Of a stretch of 64,000 bases of DNA, positions 56,361-64,000 are shown one piece after another. The translations under genes were made by a program, and so were the position numbers. This stretch comes from a virus (lineage: Duplodnaviria; Heunggongvirae; Uroviricota; Caudoviricetes), in IMG/VR virus record IMGVR_UViG_3300010368_000011, positions 1-64,000 of that record; one strand, written 5' to 3'. The notes below the pieces were generated by a model that saw only the letters and a program-made list of their open reading frames with translations, was not told where the DNA came from and made no database searches. Position 1 is the first letter of the stretch; each line of letters starts with the position of its first letter.

Positions 56361-56533
56361 TGTTCAAACCAACCAATAGAGAAAAATCACGAGAACCTAG
56401 AGGCCAGAAATATTGGTGCTCGTGTTGTGATCATGATAAAATATCTGCTGGTTCTAAGTGTGACCATTGTGGTATTAGGAACGGTGGTAAGATACGCGGT
56501 AAAGCTGGCAAGCCAACCCCGATGGGAGATTAA
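56360..56533 (+). CDS. possible small zinc-ribbon protein (57 aa, CxxC...CxxC), not in track
   Basis: ATG overlapping upstream TGA. Confidence 0.3.
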   Translation: MFKPTNREKSREPRGQKYWCSCCDHDKISAGSKCDHCGIRNGGKIRGKAGKPTPMGD

Positions 56534-56535
56534 GA

Positions 56536-56802
56536 ATGCCTAGTTTAATGAAAGTTGGCAGTCCACACGTTGGTGACTCTGGCGCTTCTTCAGATCAGGT
56601 ATGGGTTGAAGACGGTAAAATGAAAATTGAACCCGGTCGTCCTGTTGTCGGTCGTGCTATTAGAGTCGGTTCACTATCGGCTCGTTCATACTCCGCACAA
56701 GATTGGTGGCAGACAAGTCTGGTAACAGAAATTCTAGAAGAAACAGACGAGTATGTGAAGTTCAAAACTCTTTCCGGTTCCACCTACGAATGGAGAGCAT
56801 GA
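56536..56802 (+). CDS. hypothetical protein (88 aa)
   Basis: ORF track; GGGAGA RBS. Confidence 0.5.
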   Translation: MPSLMKVGSPHVGDSGASSDQVWVEDGKMKIEPGRPVVGRAIRVGSLSARSYSAQDWWQTSLVTEILEETDEYVKFKTLSGSTYEWRA

Positions 56803-56829
56803 AGTCCTAAATAGTATTAGGAGCAAATC

Positions 56830-57135
56830 ATGTTATCTTCATTTATATTATCTGTTACATTATTAATACAACCATCTCTTATAACCAATAGTTTCGGTGC
56901 TGATGAAGGCTATCTTCATATTTGTTCTGCGAGCGCGACACCACTTGTTATGGTGGTCACCAGTGTAAATGATATAGAACACGACGAAGATTATAATATA
57001 ATTATTAGAGATGCATACACCACCGAAGGGAATAGAGTTGAAATTATTACTCTCCGTGGTGAAAATTGGAACTGTAGTTCTACTAAAGCTACCCTTGATT
57101 CTTTTTTAGATAATACTATTCGCCCGTTCGAATAG
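56830..57135 (+). CDS. hypothetical secreted protein (101 aa)
   Basis: N-terminal signal-peptide-like hydrophobic segment. Confidence 0.45.
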   Translation: MLSSFILSVTLLIQPSLITNSFGADEGYLHICSASATPLVMVVTSVNDIEHDEDYNIIIRDAYTTEGNRVEIITLRGENWNCSSTKATLDSFLDNTIRPFE

Positions 57136-57395
57136 GCGAGAATGCTCTATGAAGTCTAATGTTAGATTTTATTGTATCCTTTAGCACCGAGAATACCGAA
57201 TCTGTTTTAGGCACAGGTTTCACGGGTGCATACTCATTGGTTCCATCATCGTATATCCAAATGATGCCGGATAGTTGTTTGGTTGAATCAGCCACAGTGT
57301 TCTCCGTTTTGTATGGATATAATAGCTGAATTAAAATTCATGTCAACGGTTGACGTGGATGATTTATTGCTGTAAGTAATGTGTACAGTTTATTT

Positions 57396-57468
57396 GGGGG
57401 CGTAGCTCAGTTGGGAGAGCGCAACACTTGCAATGTTGAGGTCGTCGGTTCGATCCCGTCCGCTTCCA
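57396..57468 (+). tRNA. tRNA-Ala(UGC)
   Basis: acceptor GGGGGCG/CGCTTCC with G3:U70, anticodon stem CAACA/TGTTG loop CTTGCAA, T-loop TTCGATC, A73-CCA. Confidence 0.75.
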
Positions 57469-57493
57469 CCAAACTTTATGATGGAATATAAAA

Positions 57494-57691
57494 ATGCTTA
57501 TCGTCGGTTTGCTTTTGGAGGATGGAACAGTTCAACCGCTTGCTCGTTCTTCGGAACCAGTATCGAACCGTGAATTGCGTTCCATTTATAATAAGTTCCG
57601 TACTGATAGTAATGTAGTTGAAGCAATTGCTTGGTCGTGGCAAAGACTTTATAGTGATAAACGTGAAGCTACCCAACTTCCGGTTTTTTAA
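57494..57691 (+). CDS. hypothetical small protein (65 aa)
   Basis: ORF track. Confidence 0.35.
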   Translation: MLIVGLLLEDGTVQPLARSSEPVSNRELRSIYNKFRTDSNVVEAIAWSWQRLYSDKREATQLPVF

Positions 57692-57704
57692 TATAATATA
57701 GATG

Positions 57705-57733
57705 TTGACATATAGTGTTTATCCGTTTATAAC
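57705..57733 (+). promoter_or_regulatory. sigma70-like promoter (TTGACA-17-TATAAC) with CCGGGAGAACA UTR box
   Basis: hexamers and spacing. Confidence 0.5.
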
Positions 57734-57756
57734 ATTATGAACACCGGGAGAACACA

Positions 57757-58161
57757 ATGACCAACACTGTCACACAGCATCCAATCGGCACTCCACTCTG
57801 GTTCAGCCCGATTCGTTATTGGGAAGACACTACACCCGAAACTGGTATTGTTGCACTGCACACAAATTTCTCTGGTGATAAGGTTTTGGATAGCTTCAGC
57901 GAGGGCAGCGTGTACGCCTTCCATGATGATTATGGTCATACCGTATACATGCCAGCAGACCGTACCTTTCTCTCAGAGGCTGATGCAATCGCTGATGCAG
58001 AAGCCAGATCGGTTGTATATTTCGCCGAAGAGAAGGTACAGATGGATGCACTCATGGAAAAGATTTATGCCCGCATCGAAGCTGAAAAGGTTGACGACCC
58101 GGATCAGGCCATGGGTATCATCCTCGCCGAGATTCTGAAGGATGCAGAGGCAGAGGACTGA
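57757..58161 (+). CDS. hypothetical acidic protein (134 aa)
   Basis: ORF track. Confidence 0.55.
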   Translation: MTNTVTQHPIGTPLWFSPIRYWEDTTPETGIVALHTNFSGDKVLDSFSEGSVYAFHDDYGHTVYMPADRTFLSEADAIADAEARSVVYFAEEKVQMDALMEKIYARIEAEKVDDPDQAMGIILAEILKDAEAED

Positions 58162-58163
58162 TT

Positions 58164-58328
58164 ATGAAAAACGGTTATCAGAGTATTTCTCATTATGGTC
58201 CGGGTGGTCGCAATTGTACGTGTTGTGGCCCTGCTCCGGCAAAGCGCCGTGTGTTTGATCGCCATATCCGTAAGCGTGATCGCCAAGTCGCTAGTCGTGA
58301 AATCATTGCTTCTCTTTCAAACCAATGA
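58164..58328 (+). CDS. possible small Cys-containing protein (54 aa), not in track
   Basis: GAGGA RBS; fills gap between 58161 and 58325. Confidence 0.35.
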   Translation: MKNGYQSISHYGPGGRNCTCCGPAPAKRRVFDRHIRKRDRQVASREIIASLSNQ

Positions 58329-58666
58329 GTTCTCATACATATTTGTTTGATCTTGACTCTATGGAGTGTTTTGATCTTGGTAACTACGCCAGTTTTGCAC
58401 TCGGTCGCGCCGGAATAGATTTAGGTAACACTTATCAATTCGATACTGTGTTTGATAAAGCACTGCTTGAAAGCATCTATTATGAATTCACGGTTTCTTG
58501 GGCGGGCGATGAACAAGAGCGCCTTGATTGGATTGATGAACTGACAGACAAAATCATGAAATGGGGCACAGGTCGCCAAGTAGAAATTCATAGTGAATAC
58601 TACGAAACCGACAAGTTGACGCTGGCATCATTCCATGAAGTTGGCACAATCTACCGCGATAATTAA
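58325..58666 (+). CDS. hypothetical protein (113 aa)
   Basis: ORF track. Confidence 0.5.
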   Translation: MSSHTYLFDLDSMECFDLGNYASFALGRAGIDLGNTYQFDTVFDKALLESIYYEFTVSWAGDEQERLDWIDELTDKIMKWGTGRQVEIHSEYYETDKLTLASFHEVGTIYRDN

Positions 58667-58678
58667 CGGATAAACAAA

Positions 58679-58951
58679 TTAACCCCGTTTGTACGGGGTT
58701 AATTTTAATCGGTCCATTCCTTCTACAAGCACTTCGATTTCGGTTGAGAATTTAATTGTCTCTTCCTCTTTGATCTTTTGTTGAATAGGTTTCATCCGTT
58801 CATTAACAAGCTGATCAATCTCGTTGCGGATAGATTTTAATCTCGCATCCATGCGGAAGTATTCGGGCGGTGTGCACTCATTGCAACTACCAAAACCAAT
58901 ACCCATGGATGCGCCGCAGTTATTGCATTCATAATGTGCCATTGTATTCAT
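58679..58951 (-). CDS. small zinc-ribbon protein (about 90 aa)
   Basis: CNNC...CNEC motifs; start trimmed to avoid overlap with 58929..59402. Confidence 0.4.
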   Translation of the reverse strand: MNTMAHYECNNCGASMGIGFGSCNECTPPEYFRMDARLKSIRNEIDQLVNERMKPIQQKIKEEETIKFSTEIEVLVEGMDRLKLTPYKRG

Positions 58952-59402
58952 ACCAATCGTTAGCAAACATATCGACTTGAGATGGTGACCATACCATGAT
59001 CGATCCATTGGATAAAGTCATATCGATATGAGCATTATAATCAACACTGACGCCATCACCAAGGATGGACAGAAGCGGTTCACGGTTCACCGTAAAGGTT
59101 GATCCATCCACCTTGAAAATGAATGGTGATCGTTCTTCATCTAACCAAGCGCGACGAGAAACCCGCTTGCCTTCTTTAACAGCAGCGAGTGCCCATTCCA
59201 TCGTGTTGCTATAGCGCTTTGCAGTTTCAATCGTCACACCATGTAATTCCTTGCGATCAATCACGAAAAGATCGAAACTATCAGGACACGCGAACTGAAC
59301 ATAGTTCACATTCTTTTCATCATATCGATCCAGCATATAGAAAATTTCATATTCATCCGTTAGGATGGTTATGTTATCTGATGATATATATTCATTTAAC
59401 AT
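58929..59402 (-). CDS. hypothetical protein (157 aa)
   Basis: ORF track. Confidence 0.5.
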   Translation of the reverse strand: MLNEYISSDNITILTDEYEIFYMLDRYDEKNVNYVQFACPDSFDLFVIDRKELHGVTIETAKRYSNTMEWALAAVKEGKRVSRRAWLDEERSPFIFKVDGSTFTVNREPLLSILGDGVSVDYNAHIDMTLSNGSIMVWSPSQVDMFANDWYEYNGTL

Positions 59403-59809
59403 TTTTTGCCACCATCTTTCATTCTGTTTTCAACTTTATGATCGGCGCGGTTCTGATTGTACCGCAACTTGTCTACCATGGCTTGACCAACCGGTAATCC
59501 AAATCCACCGGCATAATCAAAAAGACGAATCAACACATCCGCCAGTTCAACAGTTTCCATTGAATACTGTGGTAAATGATCGTCCGGTAATCCTTTACGA
59601 ACACCTTCCATAGCTTCAGCCACTTCAGTGACCATCAGCATAAGCATTTCGCCTTTGTTGCGTTCCAATGGTTCACCCGTCTCTAGGTTCGTCCACCAGC
59701 CACCACGGGCCGATAATCCATAACACAATTCACTTAATGAATTAATCCATTCACCCTGCCCGTCTGTAATTTCAAGATCGGTGGATGCTGGTTTAGCTGC
59801 TATTGTCAT
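59396..59809 (-). CDS. mazG: MazG-like nucleoside triphosphate pyrophosphohydrolase
   Basis: EVAEAMEGVRK...ELADVLIRLFDYAGGFG...KLRYNQNR pattern of MazG/NTP-PPase fold. Confidence 0.7.
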   Translation of the reverse strand: MTIAAKPASTDLEITDGQGEWINSLSELCYGLSARGGWWTNLETGEPLERNKGEMLMLMVTEVAEAMEGVRKGLPDDHLPQYSMETVELADVLIRLFDYAGGFGLPVGQAMVDKLRYNQNRADHKVENRMKDGGKKC

Positions 59810-59862
59810 ATTAATCTCCTTCGACCAGTATCATAGGATAAATAGGTCAAAGGGTTCATGTG

Positions 59863-60516
59863 ATGCATCTAATTAATTTGTTTGAAGATAGCGGTTTGAA
59901 ATTATACCGTGGAGATTCAGAACATTATACAAAGTTTGATACATCACATAGTTGGGGAAGCTTATACGGAAAACTGATATATCTAACCAGTGATCAAACA
60001 ATAGCGATGGATTATGGTAATTGGATCACAACCATTACACTTGATAGAACATATATATCAAAAACCATTAATACCGAAGTCCCAATGAATGAACATCTTC
60101 TTGGGGTCATTAATGAATATCTTGGTGATAGACATTGTGATCTTCGTTACTGGGTGAACGGTTCGGACCAACGGGCTAGGAATTTTGCCGATTGGGTTGA
60201 AGGTTTCAAAACCCGTGGATCGAGATATGCATGGATGGGCCATGATATTGGTGGCAAAGGTCTTGCACCAACTCTTGATGAATTATTAGTAGGTAGCCAT
60301 TTTGGATATTATTTGAGAGATGGCGGTATAGATGGACTCCCGCCGCTTTATGAAGTGCTTGCTTCAGCCGGGTATACCGGTTTGAATTATGTTGGCGGTG
60401 TCAATCAATCAGGTGGTGAGGCCAAGCGTGGTGGTGGCAATCATAGACATTTTGTATATGCAATGTTTGATTTCGATTATTGTAACAAGCATATAACATC
60501 ACAAGATCAAATTTAA
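59863..60516 (+). CDS. hypothetical protein (217 aa); weak ADP-ribosyltransferase-like motifs (LYRG, YLTSD)
   Basis: ORF track trimmed to ATG; motif resemblance only. Confidence 0.45.
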   Translation: MHLINLFEDSGLKLYRGDSEHYTKFDTSHSWGSLYGKLIYLTSDQTIAMDYGNWITTITLDRTYISKTINTEVPMNEHLLGVINEYLGDRHCDLRYWVNGSDQRARNFADWVEGFKTRGSRYAWMGHDIGGKGLAPTLDELLVGSHFGYYLRDGGIDGLPPLYEVLASAGYTGLNYVGGVNQSGGEAKRGGGNHRHFVYAMFDFDYCNKHITSQDQI

Positions 60517-60517
60517 G

Positions 60518-60853
60518 TTAATCGTTAACTGGATCGTTAATCACATCAACCGTGTGTGGTCTACAGGAAACGCCGTCCATCTCTCTGAACGTCACTTGCT
60601 TGACTATTACGTCATTATAAAACCACCGATATCCAGATATGGCTCTAGTATTATCCAATGGATGTATGGTATCTGATCTATCTGCAATCCAACCACGTTG
60701 GGCGGCTTGATGACACTCTATCAAATCGGTTAGTTCTTGTGGATGCTGCGGTTTATTAGCGAGTATGTGAACGATTACCACAATACATGTAGTGATCCAA
60801 ATGAATCCCACTAGTTTACCAAATGCGGTAATTCGATTATTTTCGGTTAGCAT
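60518..60853 (-). CDS. hypothetical membrane protein (111 aa)
   Basis: ORF track; TM segment. Confidence 0.45.
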   Translation of the reverse strand: MLTENNRITAFGKLVGFIWITTCIVVIVHILANKPQHPQELTDLIECHQAAQRGWIADRSDTIHPLDNTRAISGYRWFYNDVIVKQVTFREMDGVSCRPHTVDVINDPVND

Positions 60854-60875
60854 TTGGTTATCTTTCTGAAAGTGG

Positions 60876-60947
60876 TTGGCGATACTGGGTTCGAACCAGT
60901 GACCTCTTCGATGTCAACGAAGCATTCTCCCACTGAACTAATCGCCA
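60876..60947 (-). tRNA. tRNA-Val(GAC)
   Basis: acceptor TGGCGAT/ATCGCCA, anticodon stem CTTCG/CGAAG loop TTGACAT, T-arm ACTGGTTCGAACCCAGT, A73, CCA encoded. Confidence 0.75.
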
Positions 60948-60957
60948 TTAAGATTGG

Positions 60958-61029
60958 TAGTCGGTGAGAGATTCGAACTCCCGACATCCTCGGTGTAAAC
61001 GAGGCGCTCTCCCGCTGAGCTAACCGACC
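60958..61029 (-). tRNA. tRNA-Val(UAC)
   Basis: acceptor GGTCGGT/ACCGACT, anticodon stem CCTCG/CGAGG loop TTTACAC, T-arm GGGAGTTCGAATCTCTC, A73, CCA encoded. Confidence 0.75.
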
Positions 61030-61142
61030 ATATTAATCAATACGAATTACTTATACCATAAAATCAAACGAACACAACCCTCTTTTTACACCCTCGTTGT
61101 ATTTCATCCCTAAATATATGATGAAAGCAGAGGTATTCTGAA

Positions 61143-61808
61143 ATGAGCGTAAATTCACTACAAAATTTTGGCGTACCGGGAATGAATGGCGAGCGTAGTC
61201 CTGTCCTTCAACCGGTACTATCACACAAGTTCCGGGCATTGTTTTATAACTTTGGTGATCCGGGCGACACAGCACCATATGATATGACCCGTGCTGTCAA
61301 AGCAATTACTCGCCCAACGGCCAGTTTTGATACAGCACCTATGTACAGCTATAATTCAATTGTATATGTACAGAAGCGTCCAGAGTGGAATGATATTTCA
61401 GTCCGTTTCTATGAAGACATTGATAATACGGCTCTTCGTCGTATTCAAAAGCAGCGTTCGAAGCAATTCAACTTCTTCGATCAAACATCATCCCGTGCTG
61501 GTGAGAACTATAAGTTCGAACTTGATGTTGATGTTCTTGCTGGTGGTGCTGGTGCAACTCAGTCTGCACAAGACCCTAACATTATTCAGAAATGGTGCCT
61601 TGTTGGTTGTCAGATCACCAATGAAGAAGTAGGCGAACTCGCTTATGAAAACAGTGATCCAACTGAATTGTCTTTGACGATTCGTTTCGATAACTGCACC
61701 ATCTTCGATGAAAACGGTAACATGCTTGGTGATTACGATCATGCACCAGAAATTGAAGGCATGTTCGGTAACAGTTCTACTGGTATTGGCGGAAACGGGA
61801 ACCTCTAA
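61143..61808 (+). CDS. tail tube protein family (gp19/gp54-like), 221 aa
   Basis: C-terminal LVGCQITNEEVGELAYENSDPTELSLTIRFDNC resembles T4 gp19 GLWPTNVGELQLDWDSNNEIQTFEVTLALDY. Confidence 0.45.
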   Translation: MSVNSLQNFGVPGMNGERSPVLQPVLSHKFRALFYNFGDPGDTAPYDMTRAVKAITRPTASFDTAPMYSYNSIVYVQKRPEWNDISVRFYEDIDNTALRRIQKQRSKQFNFFDQTSSRAGENYKFELDVDVLAGGAGATQSAQDPNIIQKWCLVGCQITNEEVGELAYENSDPTELSLTIRFDNCTIFDENGNMLGDYDHAPEIEGMFGNSSTGIGGNGNL

Positions 61809-61826
61809 ACCGTTTAGGGGTTATTT

Positions 61827-63035
61827 ATGCCTACTAGTAAACATCTGTTTCAAAATTACGCTTATGAATTGCGGGGATTTGATGGTAGTGGCCAAAAGCT
61901 ACCATCAGTTCCCCGTCCTAATTTTACGTTCTTTGTTGAATTCGGTTTCAATCCAGAAGGTTCAGAGTCAGCAAGCAATCTGAACAACCTATTAAACAAA
62001 GGTAATTCAATACTGGTGAAATCATTCACCAAACCCGGCTTCTCGTTTGATACTGAAAAGCTTCGATCATACAACAAACCATACATCCTGAAAAAGAAAA
62101 TAGAATACTCCGATGTCAGTCTTACTTTGTATGATGATAGTCGATCATCTGTACGATATATGATTGAAGAGTATAGACGCCATTATAATAATCATGGTGG
62201 ACCTTCTACCAATACCGGTAACGAAGTTGATTTTTCGCGTACTACAGGAACTTTTAATAATGAAACCCCATTGGTGCGATCACACGATGCTACCGATGAT
62301 GCCACCCAATCAATGGGTTTGAGACTTCACGATAATTCCAAATCTCGTTTCTTTGATTATATCAAACTATATGACATGGGTACTGATGCGAATGCAGTAC
62401 AGGTTCATACAATATATAACCCAATATTCAAGAGTATTGAAAATGTATCTCTTGATTATACTGATGATGGTGTTCAAGAAGTCGGTATAACAATTGAATA
62501 TACTTATTTCGATAGTTCTGTATTCAATGATTCTGGTGAATTACATAAGAATGATGGATTGTTCCAGAACCAATTAAACAAGTCGGTCATCGAAGATCAT
62601 CGATTAGTGAATTACAATCCCGATAAGATCAGCGGTCTAGATGATTTACTCCCTAGCAGTGTTAGTGATTTCCTAAATGGTATTGGTGTTACTCCGGGTG
62701 AATTGATCCAAGCTGTTCAAAATTCTATTCAGGGTGGAGAATTAAATCTATCTGATCTACGTAGAAACCTGTTTGAAACTGTTGCAGCAGGTACACCTAT
62801 TCAGAACATCAGACTGGTCATTCAAAATATTAGATTGGTTGAGCAAGCATTATCTCAAGGTAGGTTCACTGATATATTACCATTGATTGGTGAAGCCGGT
62901 GCACAATTCAAAAACTTGAAGAACTTTGATCCGTTTGGTTCGGGTGAAGTCATCAAGGATGTACAAAAAACAATCACATCAGATGTAGGCAATGTTGGAA
63001 CGTGGTTATCCCGTCATTCTAACCCGACTGTGTGA
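61827..63035 (+). CDS. tube-associated/baseplate tube protein (gp48/gp54-like?), 402 aa
   Basis: N-terminus LRGFDGSGQKLPSVPRPNFTFFVEFGFN has tube-family flavour; adjacent to gp19-like gene. Confidence 0.3.
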   Translation: MPTSKHLFQNYAYELRGFDGSGQKLPSVPRPNFTFFVEFGFNPEGSESASNLNNLLNKGNSILVKSFTKPGFSFDTEKLRSYNKPYILKKKIEYSDVSLTLYDDSRSSVRYMIEEYRRHYNNHGGPSTNTGNEVDFSRTTGTFNNETPLVRSHDATDDATQSMGLRLHDNSKSRFFDYIKLYDMGTDANAVQVHTIYNPIFKSIENVSLDYTDDGVQEVGITIEYTYFDSSVFNDSGELHKNDGLFQNQLNKSVIEDHRLVNYNPDKISGLDDLLPSSVSDFLNGIGVTPGELIQAVQNSIQGGELNLSDLRRNLFETVAAGTPIQNIRLVIQNIRLVEQALSQGRFTDILPLIGEAGAQFKNLKNFDPFGSGEVIKDVQKTITSDVGNVGTWLSRHSNPTV

Positions 63036-63634
63036 CCATGGCCGGTCGTCCAAAAAGAACAAACTATACACCACGAAACCCTAGCAAATATAGAGGGACA
63101 TATCCCATCACGCTTAGATCAAGTTGGGAAGTCTCTTTTGCGCAAAAGTGTGACCTTACTCCTACTATTCTGGAATGGGCATCAGAACCAATCGAAATAC
63201 CATATAGAAATCCGCTGAAACAAAAGCAGTCGATTTATATACCGGACTTCATGATCAAGGCGGTGAACACTCAGGGTATTGTTGAAACAAAGCTAATTGA
63301 AATTAAACCAGCAAAAGAAGCATTAGCCGAAAAGGCTGTTAGTGAATATGACAAAATGAGCCTAATGGTTAATCAAGCCAAATGGTTAGCTGCTTCTGCA
63401 TGGTGTGCCAGACGCGGTATCAAATTTGTTGTGCTTACTAATGAGGGTATGTTCGTTAATACTGCGCCGTCTAAGATGAGTAAACCGAAGAAGCCGGGCA
63501 AAATTGGTACTATCAAAAAGAAGAAACCGATCAAAGCCAAAAAGGGCGGTGCCGGTCACAAACATGTGGCAAACGGCATGCGTGTTAGAAAATCACCCAA
63601 AACACGAGCAATAGCTAAAGCGAAAAAAGCTTAA
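63032..63634 (+). CDS. hypothetical protein (200 aa), possible PD-(D/E)XK nuclease core with Lys-rich DNA-binding tail
   Basis: IPDF...ETKLIEIKP arrangement; KKPGKIGTIKKKKPIKAKK tail. Confidence 0.4.
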   Translation: MTMAGRPKRTNYTPRNPSKYRGTYPITLRSSWEVSFAQKCDLTPTILEWASEPIEIPYRNPLKQKQSIYIPDFMIKAVNTQGIVETKLIEIKPAKEALAEKAVSEYDKMSLMVNQAKWLAASAWCARRGIKFVVLTNEGMFVNTAPSKMSKPKKPGKIGTIKKKKPIKAKKGGAGHKHVANGMRVRKSPKTRAIAKAKKA

Positions 63635-64000
63635 TCGTCTATCTGGAACCAATGACCTAAATTGTCATACTTCATATAACGAAGCCAATTGTATGGAATA
63701 CGTTTCCAATCACGAATGCGTTCTTCGTTGTTATCAAATACCCAAGTCTTGTCAGCTTCAACATCATCAACTGTACATACCAAATGATATCCAAGGTCTG
63801 GTATCTCACAAAAAACCAAACGAATTGAAGAAGTACTGATGCCATAATGAACACATAGTTCAGCAGCGGTTAGTGCGAACCCATCGCAATCATCGAGGGT
63901 TTTATAATTCTCATCAGCTAATATTTGTGGAGCGTGGGATTGCCAGTGTTCAATTAATCCAACAGTATCTTTATCATCTTCCCATGTAATGGCTCTATCA
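63631..64000 (-). CDS. hypothetical protein, N-terminus beyond window end (partial)
   Basis: open minus-strand frame from position 64000 to stop at 63631. Confidence 0.45.
   Translation of the reverse strand, partial: DRAITWEDDKDTVGLIEHWQSHAPQILADENYKTLDDCDGFALTAAELCVHYGISTSSIRLVFCEIPDLGYHLVCTVDDVEADKTWVFDNNEERIRDWKRIPYNWLRYMKYDNLGHWFQIDD

Noticed and set aside
1-64000. CRISPR arrays / integrase / transposase
   Set aside because: No spaced direct-repeat arrays and no recombinase-like ORFs seen; mobile elements here are intron/homing-endonuclease type only.

Overview
This window looks like part of a large AT-rich (about 38-40% GC) tailed dsDNA phage with T4-like myovirus organisation. I call about 95 CDS (minus strand 1-11.4 kb, mostly plus strand 11.6-44 kb, mixed after that) and 18 tRNA genes in six clusters; one tRNA, tRNA-Leu(UAA), is interrupted by a group I intron encoding a LAGLIDADG endonuclease. 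Structural genes include a giant (>1900 aa) fibre-like protein, a 909-aa LamG-like protein, a SleB-like virion lysin, a 785-aa tail sheath and gp19/gp48/gp54-like tube proteins. Free-standing HNH, PD-(D/E)XK-like and T5orf172 endonuclease genes are scattered through the window. There are many host sigma70-type promoters (TTGACA-17-TATAAT-like, often with a conserved GGGAGAG 5'UTR box), a few T4-late-like TATAAATA boxes and several rho-independent terminators. The most unusual content is a dense set of translation and tRNA-related cargo: a Thg1-like tRNA-His guanylyltransferase together with a tRNA-His gene lacking an encoded G-1; a domain-1-less class I release-factor homologue interrupted by an in-frame TGA exactly at the conserved Trp codon; peptide deformylase; two GatB/YqeY-domain proteins, each immediately upstream of tRNA genes; a NYN ribonuclease; and a class-II-shaped tRNA with a UUU anticodon. 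A 1-kb ORF-free, GC-enriched, tetraloop-rich region is a candidate large structured RNA. CDS coordinates use the supplied ORF track as the anchor. Non-CDS coordinates were hand-counted; they carry uncertainty of ±1-2 nt.
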